In this document: positions 15,338 to 23,617 of the stretch, piece after piece
Layout: each line of letters begins with the position of its first letter
Position numbering within the stretch: position 1 is the first letter of the stretch
DNA from: Coprobacillaceae bacterium
GTDB lineage: Bacteria > Bacillota_I > Bacilli_A > Erysipelotrichales > Coprobacillaceae
Assembly: GCA_963675515.1 (NCBI GenBank)
Contig: OY776328.1
Location: 2,790,001-2,822,000, forward strand
Length of the DNA stretch: 32,000 bases
Direction of reading: 5' to 3'
Notes under the pieces: generated by a model
The model's input: the letters and a program-made list of their open reading frames with translations, nothing else
The model's database searches: none
What the model was told of the DNA's origin: nothing
Made by a program: the position numbers and the translations under genes

Positions 15338-15345
15338 AATATATC
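15338..15345. repeat. Target-site duplication AATATATC, right copy, of the outer IS6-like element
   Basis: Read directly; abuts the terminal inverted repeat ending at 15337. Confidence 0.8.
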
Positions 15346-15465
15346 TCATTTCTCTTTTATCTTATATCCCTAAACGCTTTACAAATCATGGTGAAATATT
15401 TTGCACTATACTTTACCATAACTTTCTCTCTTAAAAACAGCATCGTCAGGTTCCTGCAGCTAATC

Positions 15466-15479
15466 TGTAAACGGTTACT
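15466..15479. promoter_or_regulatory. cre / LacI-family-type operator TGTAAACGGTTACT
   Basis: It fits the TGNAANCGNWNNCW pattern at every constrained position. It lies in the AT-rich region upstream of the LacI-family gene and is followed by a TATAAT at 15486-15491. Confidence 0.45.
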
Positions 15480-15716
15480 GTATTATAATAGTATTACATT
15501 GGACATTTATTGTCAACATCACTAACTAAAATATTTATTATAATTACTAAATATTCACTAAATTTAGGTGTGGGTTATCTTGCGATTGAACTGCACCCTT
15601 ATCACATCACTTAACTTCACCATAACCATCTTATTTAGTAATAATTCCTTTATGTGATTGCCTTTTATAAAATTATCAATTATCATTTAGTTATGATTTA
15701 AACGAAGGAGTAAGCC

Positions 15717-16736
15717 ATGAAGATAAAAGTGCACGATATTGCCATAAAGGCCGGGGTTTCCGACGGCACTGTTTCTAATGCCCTCAATAATAGAAAAGGA
15801 ATCAGCGAACAGAAACGTGATCGCATTTTACAGATTGCCCGGGATATGGGTTACTTCCATTCGACAGGAAATGAAAAGAAACTGATCCGTCTTGTCGTTA
15901 TCAATAATAAAGCGAATGTCATCGGGGATACCCCCTTCTTCTCGGAGCTGATCCGTGGCATTGAAACCGGATGTAGCGCCAATGGGTATGAACTGGCGAT
16001 CAACCATTTCGAGTCGGAAGACTTTGAAGATACCGATGTTTTACAATTGTTGAAGGTAAACCAGACCAGTGGCATATTGCTTCTGGCAACCGAACTTGAT
16101 GCCGTTGATCTGGGGATGTTCAAAAAGATATGCATTCCGCTGGTCGTTTTGGATGCCGCTTTCAAGATCTCCGATTTCGATTATGTGGCCATAAACAATG
16201 TTGATGGCACATACCAGATTGTCGAACATTTGATTCTCAACGGTCACAAGAAAATAGGAATTATCAATTCCGCCTACCAGATAAACAACTTCAAGGAGCG
16301 CCGGATTGGCTACCTTCAGGCGCTTTATGATTACAACCTCGACTTCCTGCCCGAAAACGAGGCTCTTGTCGATCCTAATCCCGAAGGTTCGTACAAAGAC
16401 ATGCTTGGCTACCTGCGTTCCTTTTTAAGCGAGTACCCTGCATCGATGCTGCCTACCGCATTTTACGCGGTTAATGACAACATCGCATTTGGAGCTTTGA
16501 AGGCGCTTCGTGAGCTAAAGCTCGACATTTCCATCTGCGGCTTTGACGACATGCCTTTTTGCGAGATGCTCACTCCTCCATTGACTACTGTCAATGTCGA
16601 CAAGCGATACCTGGGAAAGACAGCTGTTGGCAGACTGGTCACCAAGATTTCGAGCAGCGATACGAACATCCAAAAAATCCTTATCGCAACTTCGATTGTT
16701 GAGCGTGACAGCGTGAAAAACTTGAATGAGAAATAA
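15717..16736 (+). CDS. LacI/GalR-family transcriptional regulator
   Basis: The N-terminal HTH is IKVHDIAIKAGVSDGTVSNALNNRKGISEQKRDRI, followed by a periplasmic-binding-protein-like sugar-binding fold. AAGGAG precedes the ATG. Confidence 0.9.
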   Translation: MKIKVHDIAIKAGVSDGTVSNALNNRKGISEQKRDRILQIARDMGYFHSTGNEKKLIRLVVINNKANVIGDTPFFSELIRGIETGCSANGYELAINHFESEDFEDTDVLQLLKVNQTSGILLLATELDAVDLGMFKKICIPLVVLDAAFKISDFDYVAINNVDGTYQIVEHLILNGHKKIGIINSAYQINNFKERRIGYLQALYDYNLDFLPENEALVDPNPEGSYKDMLGYLRSFLSEYPASMLPTAFYAVNDNIAFGALKALRELKLDISICGFDDMPFCEMLTPPLTTVNVDKRYLGKTAVGRLVTKISSSDTNIQKILIATSIVERDSVKNLNEK

Positions 16737-16796
16737 AAAACCTTACCCGCCTCTAGCTGGACTTTTGTCCATTCAATAGAGTCGGTAAGGTTTTTT
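16737..16796. terminator. Bidirectional terminator-like structure between convergent genes
   Basis: AAAA-CCTTACC (16741-16747) pairs with GGTAAGG-TTTTTT (16784-16796). An inner hairpin TGGAC-TTTT-GTCCA is also present. Confidence 0.4.
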
Positions 16797-17847
16797 AGTA
16801 TTCGATATATATCGTTTTGGTAATGTCATTGGTCAGATAATCGATATTGTTGGAAAGATGACCGGTGTTTTGCAGGACCATGAATATTTCCTGCTGGTCT
16901 ATCAGCCTTCGTTTTGCCAGGTAGTAGCTTGATTCGCTGAACTGGATCGAACATGAATCGCTGGTGCTTTTGCGGATGATTTCCTCGACCTGGGCCCGTG
17001 AATAATCTTCTATATAGAGATCATTCCTCTGGAAATAGGTGTTTTCCAGATCCTCAGTCTCAAACACTTCACCGGTTGGTTCGTATAGTTCGACCATGAT
17101 ATCACTCGAATACATGCAGTAGTCATAAAGCAAGCCGTCCAGGGCATCACCCCAGGTTGCGTCAAGATAATAGTAGTCTCCGTCATATTCGACTACGTTC
17201 CACTGGTGGTACTGGCTTGGGTTGTTTGGGCTTTCGATTGAAACACCGACCATCGATCCCACATCAAGACCCATATAGTCGCCTAGGTATTGGAACATCG
17301 AGGCGTACCCGGCACATACCGTCTGGCCGTAAATCAAAGATGATACTACCGTCTGGTTGTAATCCGCATTGGTCACATACTCGTTGTTGTTGATCACATA
17401 CTCGTACAGATAGACAATCTGTTCATATTCGTCCTCACCTTCGATGGCTTGGGTTATGGTCTGGGCCTTTGCCTGGAGCTGTTCCCGGTAACTTTCAACC
17501 TCATCCTTATCGAAAAGGTACTGGGGCTGGAAATAGTATTTGTCCCCCTGCTGGTTCAGGGTGCAATTTGCCATATAGAATATCTCCGGATTGTCGAAGA
17601 CCACCGCATCGACGACCACCTGCAATTCGCTCACGTTGGTCGCCTGGATGGTCACCCTGCTTCCATAGGCAACCAGGCAGTTGTAGATGTTTTGGTAATC
17701 TGTCTGCTGGGCTTCGTCAAGTTGTTGGTAGTACAGGTGCAAGCCGGAATCCTGCTCAAACTCATCAGGGTAGCTGACATCCTCGGCGAACAGGCTGCAC
17801 CCGGTCAACGTCAACGCCAATGATATTATGATCGCGATTTTGCGCAT
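16795..17847 (-). CDS. Transglutaminase-like (Cys-His-Asp) domain lipoprotein
   Basis: The signal peptide and lipobox are MRKIAIIISLALTLTGC. The candidate triad context is QTVCAGYASMF, YHQWNVV and YYLDATWGD. The ATG at 17847 lies 7 nt after AAAGGGGG. Confidence 0.7.
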   Translation of the reverse strand: MRKIAIIISLALTLTGCSLFAEDVSYPDEFEQDSGLHLYYQQLDEAQQTDYQNIYNCLVAYGSRVTIQATNVSELQVVVDAVVFDNPEIFYMANCTLNQQGDKYYFQPQYLFDKDEVESYREQLQAKAQTITQAIEGEDEYEQIVYLYEYVINNNEYVTNADYNQTVVSSLIYGQTVCAGYASMFQYLGDYMGLDVGSMVGVSIESPNNPSQYHQWNVVEYDGDYYYLDATWGDALDGLLYDYCMYSSDIMVELYEPTGEVFETEDLENTYFQRNDLYIEDYSRAQVEEIIRKSTSDSCSIQFSESSYYLAKRRLIDQQEIFMVLQNTGHLSNNIDYLTNDITKTIYIEY

Positions 17848-17895
17848 AATCACGCCCCCTTTCCTTTCTTCTAATTATAACCGATAAGTCCGGCT

Positions 17896-17924
17896 AAAAA
17901 AACAAAAACCCGTCAAACGGGTTT
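17896..17924 (-). terminator. Rho-independent terminator after the histidine-kinase gene
   Basis: The stem pairs AAACCCG (17906-17912) with CGGGTTT (17918-17924) around a 5-nt loop. On the minus strand it is followed by TTGTTTTTTT. Confidence 0.6.
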
Positions 17925-19233
17925 ATTTTTTGGATATTGTGAAGCTCACGCCCAGTTGTTCGTTCTTGGCCGACAGGTTGTAGCCGTAGATGTCGCAGGT
18001 TTTTTTCACGATTGACAGCCCCAGGCCAAACTGTCCCTTATTTCCTTTTTCATAGGGATTGAACATCGATGTGACAATCGTCTCATCGAAGTGTTCCCCA
18101 TCATTGTATATGGTCAGGTTTTCGTTTTCCAGGGTGATCACGAACTTGTTTTTGACGTAGCGGCAACCGTTGGCCAGGATGTTCTCGATGGCAATCCGCC
18201 ATGCCTCGATGTCGCCCACAAAAACAGACTCGTCCAAATCAAGCTCAAACTGGATTTCCGGATGCATAAACTTGAACTGGTTGGCGATCTCGCTTACAAG
18301 CTGGTCCATTGCGACCGTCTCCTGGCTTTGCGATTCAAACAGGTAGTCCAGACGGTTCAAATGGAGCAGGGATTGGACCTTGCGCTCAAGCCGGCCGGCG
18401 TTCTCGATAATCACATCCATTGAGGCATCCTTGGAACCATAAGGGTAGATGTCGTCCTTGACCGACTGCGAATAGGTCTGGATCAGGGTGATCGGCGTTT
18501 TCAAATCATGGGAAATGTTATGGATCATTTCCTCTTTGATCTGATTTTGCTTTTCCAGTTCATTTTCCATCTCCACCAGCGAGTCGAAGACCGTTCCGAT
18601 TTCATCGTCCCGGTTGATCTTAATTTTAGGCCGTTTTCCGGTCTTGATACCTTTGATGTAAAGATCGATTTTTCTAAGCGGGGCGATAAGGGAATTGAGC
18701 CATATCGCCAATACCGCAAAGAACGCAATCAGGATACCATAGAAGATGTAAATGATTTCCTTTTGGATCGATTGCACCAGATCCGTTGAATAGGTGCTGT
18801 AGAGAATCGATACAGTATATTTCTGGTCGCCGTCGTAATTGATGGCATAGTAGAGGGTATCGTTTTGAAACACCTTCTTGTTGTTTATATGGGTAAGCTC
18901 CGGGTCGGACATCATTTCTTCCAGGTCATTTTTGACGACATGGTTGAATATCAGATAGGCCCGGTCAATCGTCATCAGTTTGGATACGCCTATGACCTCA
19001 TTTGCCATGTCGATATCGAGATGGTATATCTGCTCCTCGATGTGGCTGGCTGTGGGCGCAAACCCGTAGTCAAGATAGTTTGATTGGGCTTTGTTGAGAT
19101 CTTCGAACAAGTCATCATCGATTACCCTCGAAAGGTTGTTGTTGATAAGCGGGATGATCACTATAAACAGTGAAGCGGTAAAGCAAAACAGGATTATTAT
19201 CAGCTGATAAGACAGGGGGAATTTCTTTAGCAT
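17923..19233 (-). CDS. Sensor histidine kinase (two TM segments, HAMP, HisKA, HATPase_c)
   Basis: It has the H-box HNISHDLKTPIT and a C-terminal N/G-box region (NGCRYV..., GLGLSIVKK). The start codon overlaps the response-regulator stop codon by 1 nt (CTGATG). Confidence 0.9.
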   Translation of the reverse strand: MLKKFPLSYQLIIILFCFTASLFIVIIPLINNNLSRVIDDDLFEDLNKAQSNYLDYGFAPTASHIEEQIYHLDIDMANEVIGVSKLMTIDRAYLIFNHVVKNDLEEMMSDPELTHINNKKVFQNDTLYYAINYDGDQKYTVSILYSTYSTDLVQSIQKEIIYIFYGILIAFFAVLAIWLNSLIAPLRKIDLYIKGIKTGKRPKIKINRDDEIGTVFDSLVEMENELEKQNQIKEEMIHNISHDLKTPITLIQTYSQSVKDDIYPYGSKDASMDVIIENAGRLERKVQSLLHLNRLDYLFESQSQETVAMDQLVSEIANQFKFMHPEIQFELDLDESVFVGDIEAWRIAIENILANGCRYVKNKFVITLENENLTIYNDGEHFDETIVTSMFNPYEKGNKGQFGLGLSIVKKTCDIYGYNLSAKNEQLGVSFTISKK

Positions 19234-19886
19234 CAGTCTAAACGGTAGCCGTAACCATACATGGTCCTGATGTTGATGTCGGGCAGCTTCTTGCGCAGAC
19301 GGCGCAGGGTATCATCGACAACCCGGTCCGAACCGAAGTAATTCTCATCCCATACATTCACAAGAACCTGTTCGCGGGATATCGCCATGCCGCGGTTGGT
19401 AACAAAATAGATAAGCAGCTCATATTCCTTGGTGGTCAATACGACCTCTTCGTCATTGTAGAACACCCGACGTTTTGACCCGTCGATTGTGTATCCATCG
19501 ATATTGATGATGCTGGGATTGTCATACGATCTCTTGATCAGATTATTGACCCGCAGCACCAGTTCCTTCACGTTGAAAGGTTTGGTGATGTAGTCGTCGC
19601 TGCCTTGTTCAAGTCCGAAGATCCGGTCGAATTCCTGATCACGGGCCGACATGAAGATGATCGGCATCTTCTCCTTGGATTTGCGGATATGGCTGAAAAG
19701 TTCATAGCCGCTGTTCTGGTCAAGCATTATATCGAGCAGCCAGAGCTGGACATCGTCATCGACATGGGCCAATGCATCGGAGTATTTGTAGAAAGATCTG
19801 ACTTCGTAGCCCTCTTTTTCAAGATAGGTCCTAACCAGGTCGTTCAGGTTTTTTTCATCATCGATTATATTGATTTTAAATTTCAT
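19233..19886 (-). CDS. OmpR/PhoB-family response regulator
   Basis: It has a receiver domain (IIDDE...LLDIMLD...) and a winged-helix output domain (...RRLRKKL...YGYGYRL). The ATG at 19886 follows GAGGTGA; the ORF-track GTG at 19895 lies inside that ribosome-binding site. Confidence 0.9.
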   Translation of the reverse strand: MKFKINIIDDEKNLNDLVRTYLEKEGYEVRSFYKYSDALAHVDDDVQLWLLDIMLDQNSGYELFSHIRKSKEKMPIIFMSARDQEFDRIFGLEQGSDDYITKPFNVKELVLRVNNLIKRSYDNPSIINIDGYTIDGSKRRVFYNDEEVVLTTKEYELLIYFVTNRGMAISREQVLVNVWDENYFGSDRVVDDTLRRLRKKLPDINIRTMYGYGYRLD

Positions 19887-19954
19887 CTTAGTCACCTCGC
19901 TTAAGTTTATACTGCAATTATCGTGATAAATTCAAGAAAATGTGGAAAATGATG

Positions 19955-21298
19955 TTATTTGACTAAGCCGGTTTCTTTGATTACGTCGACAATCCGGTCG
20001 ACGTTTTGCTTGCATATCGCATCGCTCGCGGCCTCGACCATGACCCTGATCAATGGCTCGGTTCCCGATTCACGAACGAGTACCCGCCCATTGCTTCCAA
20101 GCTCCTTAGAGACTAAGTTGATCATTGCCTGAACAGCAGGATGCTCCTGGGCCACCTTCTTGTCAGTTACCCGGACGTTTTTCATCAGCTGAGGATATAT
20201 TACAAGATTCTCTGTCAATTGCGCCAAAGTCTTTTTCGACTCGATCATCGCTTCCATAACCTTGAGCGATGTCAAAATGCCATCTCCAGTGGTCGCGTGT
20301 TTCGAAAAGATGATATGGCCCGACTGTTCCCCGCCCAGGACATGACCATTGGCCACCATGTTCTCGTTGACATACTTGTCCCCTACAGCGGTTTTTTCAT
20401 ACTTTATCGCCAATTCGTCAAATGCCTTGTAAAGTCCCAAATTCGACATGATTGTGGTCACCACGGTATCGTTTTCCAGTTCGTCGTGGGTTTTGGCAAA
20501 CTTGCCGCAGACATAAAGGATCCCATCACCGTCAACCACCCGGCCGAATTCATCCACCGCGATGCAGCGGTCAGCGTCACCGTCATAAGCGAAACCGACA
20601 TCGAGTCCGTTCTTGCGGACATATTCCTGGAGAACCTCGATATGCGTCGATCCGCAGCTTCGGTTGATATTGAAACCGTTAGGATTGTTGTTGATTACAT
20701 ATGTCTTTGCACCCAGGGCATCGAATACCGCCTTGGCGATATCGCTGCTGGCACCGTTGGAGCAGTCCAGTCCGACCCGGATGTTCTTGAATGCCCGGGT
20801 CGGGATTGAAAGCAAGTATCCTATATAACGGTTGCGGCCTACCGAATAGTCGCTCGCAGCTCCGACATGCTCCCTTTTGGCAAGGGGCAATTCGTCGATC
20901 AGACCATCGATGTAGTCCTCGATCTTGTCCTCTATTTCACTGGACATCTTGTGTCCGTTGGAATCAAAAATCTTGATTCCGTTATCATAGTAGGGATTGT
21001 GCGAAGCGCTTATCATGATCCCGCAGTCGAATCCGTCAGTTCGGGTGATGTATGAAACCGAAGGTGTCGTGGTCACGTGCATCAGGCTCGCATCGGCTCC
21101 GCTGGCCGTGATACCCGCCACCAGGGCGTATTCGAACATGTATGATGAGCGTCTGGTATCTTTTCCAATCACGATGTTCGCCTGAGATTCCCGGGAAAAA
21201 TACCACCCCAAATAACGCCCCACTTTAAAAGCATGTTCAACTGTCAGATCAATGTTCGCTTCTCCGCGAAAACCGTCCGTTCCAAAATATTTCCCCAT
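19955..21298 (-). CDS. glmM: Phosphoglucosamine mutase
   Basis: MGKYFGTDGFRG, the active-site loop SASHNPYYDNGIKIF and GDGDADR are present. It is positioned after cdaA-cdaR, as in other Firmicutes. Confidence 0.95.
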   Translation of the reverse strand: MGKYFGTDGFRGEANIDLTVEHAFKVGRYLGWYFSRESQANIVIGKDTRRSSYMFEYALVAGITASGADASLMHVTTTPSVSYITRTDGFDCGIMISASHNPYYDNGIKIFDSNGHKMSSEIEDKIEDYIDGLIDELPLAKREHVGAASDYSVGRNRYIGYLLSIPTRAFKNIRVGLDCSNGASSDIAKAVFDALGAKTYVINNNPNGFNINRSCGSTHIEVLQEYVRKNGLDVGFAYDGDADRCIAVDEFGRVVDGDGILYVCGKFAKTHDELENDTVVTTIMSNLGLYKAFDELAIKYEKTAVGDKYVNENMVANGHVLGGEQSGHIIFSKHATTGDGILTSLKVMEAMIESKKTLAQLTENLVIYPQLMKNVRVTDKKVAQEHPAVQAMINLVSKELGSNGRVLVRESGTEPLIRVMVEAASDAICKQNVDRIVDVIKETGLVK

Positions 21299-21313
21299 AA
21301 ATTTCTCCTTAGC

Positions 21314-22714
21314 TTATTGGCTTACTTGTATTTCTAATTCTGCTAATGACACGAACTCATAGGTGTAAGTGTCATCCAGCTCTATCTTGACGGGAACGAC
21401 GGTCGTTCCTATCGTGATGTTGGCAAGGTCGATTGATGCCTTTATGTCATCGGCGGTCAATGTCGCCACCTTCGATGCCGGTCCCGTAACCTTTATTGAT
21501 GCAACGTCCTGGTCGGAATTGAAAGTCACCTTGTAATTGTTGTTGTTGTTTCCAATCGCAATCGGAATGGCGCTGATGATCTTGGTTGACGAGTTCTCCC
21601 CGACAATCAAGTCGACATCGACCGAAGAAATCGAACTCTTGTAGACGACATTGGGAATGTTCAGCTTTGCATCTTCGAACGATTTGCTTTGGCTCAGGTC
21701 CGAAATATCCAAGGTCACGGAAACCGAATCGATCGAAGCCAGGGATTCCTCCTTGCCGTACAGCTTGACTACCGTATCCGAGAAATTCGCCTCAGAGATC
21801 GCATAGCCGCTGGCCAGCTTGCCTGAATATGTCGGTACGATTTTGACTTCCTTCGAATACTCGCTTACCGAACATGTCACATTGACCGTGTTTGGCGTGA
21901 TTGTCACATCTAGCGGATTGCCGCTGCGGTCATAGGCGACAACCGGACTGTTCTGGTTGAAGTTTTCAGTCTGATTTGCCACATCGACCTGAACCTTGAC
22001 TGAATTGATCAAATCGAGCTGGCTTTGGGCACCGCTGACTTCGACCTGGTCATGTTCCATGGATTCGACAGCTACCGACAGATCGGCACCGATATTGTTG
22101 CGGTTTACAAACTCATAACCAAGATTATACGTTTTGGTAACCTTCTGTGCAATGGTCACTTTGACGTTTTGAGGGACAATCAGCACCTGCAAGTCCGAAG
22201 GGAATCCGCTTGCCTTGAGTTCCACCGTGCTTTCGCCCACAGTCGCGTTGGTCAGATCGATATAAGCACCATAATCCTTTGACAGCTTGGTCGAATAGAT
22301 ATCCAAAGACGGTCCGATCAGACCGATTGTCACACTTTCAGGGGCGCCCAGGCATACCAGGTCACCTGACAATCCATCAATCTCCAGGGGCACCTCATTC
22401 AAGAATTCCCCGCTTGTTGGCGTCCGCAGAATCGATGAAAAATCTCCACCATTGACATAAAAAACAAGCATTGCCGCAAATATGAACGAAAGCACCCTTA
22501 CCGAATTCAACGACGAAAGCGTGCGATCGAAAAAGCTGTTCAACGAGTTGATGATCATATTCCCGAAATTGCGGATCTTGGTCGTATAGTTGACGTAGCT
22601 CTGGTAGTTCTCTCTAGCCTTGGTGGCCTGTTCCTGTCGCTCCCTTTTTTTCGATATCTCCTTCAGGAAATTTTCAGTTGTCGATGTCTTGTGTTCGTCA
22701 CGTTTTTTAGGCAT
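21314..22714 (-). CDS. cdaR: CdaR (YbbR-repeat) regulator of diadenylate cyclase
   Basis: It has one TM segment followed by repeated YbbR-like beta domains. The ATG at 22714 overlaps the cdaA stop codon (ATGCCTAA). Confidence 0.8.
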   Translation of the reverse strand: MPKKRDEHKTSTTENFLKEISKKRERQEQATKARENYQSYVNYTTKIRNFGNMIINSLNSFFDRTLSSLNSVRVLSFIFAAMLVFYVNGGDFSSILRTPTSGEFLNEVPLEIDGLSGDLVCLGAPESVTIGLIGPSLDIYSTKLSKDYGAYIDLTNATVGESTVELKASGFPSDLQVLIVPQNVKVTIAQKVTKTYNLGYEFVNRNNIGADLSVAVESMEHDQVEVSGAQSQLDLINSVKVQVDVANQTENFNQNSPVVAYDRSGNPLDVTITPNTVNVTCSVSEYSKEVKIVPTYSGKLASGYAISEANFSDTVVKLYGKEESLASIDSVSVTLDISDLSQSKSFEDAKLNIPNVVYKSSISSVDVDLIVGENSSTKIISAIPIAIGNNNNNYKVTFNSDQDVASIKVTGPASKVATLTADDIKASIDLANITIGTTVVPVKIELDDTYTYEFVSLAELEIQVSQ

Positions 22715-23519
22715 CCAAATCACCATCCTTCTTGGAATCATCGAACCAGACCAGCTCCTGCATCAGCTTAGCCTTGAGTTCCGGTCGGGATATCTTGATA
22801 AGTTCCCCATTGATCGCAAACGAGATCGTCCCGGTTTCTTCGGAGACCACGACTGTCAGGGAATCGGTTATCTCACTGATTCCCATGGCAGCCCGATGGC
22901 GGGCTCCATATATCGGGCTGAGCTCCTTCTGGGTTGACGGAAAGAAGGCCGAAGCGGCGGCAATCCTGTCACCCTTGATGATCACAGCACCGTCATGAAG
23001 CGGGGTCCCATCGTAAAAGATCGTTTCAAGCAGTTCGCTTTTGATCGAGGCGTTGACCTCGGTACCCGTCTGGATATAATCGATCAGGGAATTGGTCCGC
23101 TCGAAGGTGATCAAGGCTCCCGTCTGTGAAGCCGAAAGGTTCGTAATGGTAGTGCACAGCTCATCGAGCACGAATTGCTTCTGGATTTCCGAAAGATCCG
23201 ACAGCTTGTTTTCCTGGCGAGTCTGGCCGATCTTTTCAAGCAAGGTTCGTATTTCCGGCTGGAAGACGATAATCACGATTATGATCCCCGAAGCAAGAAG
23301 GATGTTCACCATGGTATCCAAGGTTGCCAAACCGAAGATACTTGTAAAAAGCTTGACAATGAAGACCATCAGGACCCCCTTGAAAAGCTGGAGCGTCCTC
23401 ATGTTCTGCGAAAAAGCGATCATCAGCCGGTTCAGAACGAACCAGACCAGGACAAAGTCAAGCAAAACTCTGACTATATTGATTAAAACCATCACCATCT
23501 GTGATATTGACATATTCAT
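22707..23519 (-). CDS. cdaA: Membrane-bound diadenylate cyclase CdaA (DisA_N/DAC domain)
   Basis: Three N-terminal TM helices are followed by GALITFER..., DGAVII and GARHRAA...SEETG, the DAC motifs. I prefer the start at 23519 (MNMSISQ), which gives about 270 aa; the ORF-track start at 23567 lies upstream of the candidate -10 box. Confidence 0.9.
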   Translation of the reverse strand: MNMSISQMVMVLINIVRVLLDFVLVWFVLNRLMIAFSQNMRTLQLFKGVLMVFIVKLFTSIFGLATLDTMVNILLASGIIIVIIVFQPEIRTLLEKIGQTRQENKLSDLSEIQKQFVLDELCTTITNLSASQTGALITFERTNSLIDYIQTGTEVNASIKSELLETIFYDGTPLHDGAVIIKGDRIAAASAFFPSTQKELSPIYGARHRAAMGISEITDSLTVVVSEETGTISFAINGELIKISRPELKAKLMQELVWFDDSKKDGDLDA

Positions 23520-23535
23520 CACCACTTTCACGACA

Positions 23536-23544
23536 ATTATACCA
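23536..23544 (-). promoter_or_regulatory. Extended -10 element TGGTATAAT upstream of cdaA
   Basis: Read on the minus strand. It sits 16 nt upstream of the ATG at 23519, so the leader would be very short. This is tentative. Confidence 0.3.
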
Positions 23545-23617
23545 AATTTCAGGACCCAATTAAACACAAAAAAGCACCTTGAAAGGTTTTGGGAACCCTC
23601 CAGGATGCTTGTCTTAA

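Noticed and set aside
20141-20809. Long antisense ORFs opposite core genes, for example 20141..20809, 23092..23643, 24204..24845, 25761..26501, 28062..28472, 29280..29714, 31326..31898, 17449..17823 and 4773..5186
   Set aside because: Each lies entirely opposite a strongly recognisable conserved gene (glmM, cdaA, gltD, gltB, the aldolase, the lipoprotein, parB). They have odd, low-complexity or Arg/Ser/Cys-rich composition and lack ribosome-binding sites. They are mirror-frame artefacts.
23571-23617. Possible terminator between gltD and cdaA
   Set aside because: Only 4-5-bp stems could be drawn (CCTT/AAGG), which is not convincing. gltD may read through, or terminate by a structure I cannot see by eye.
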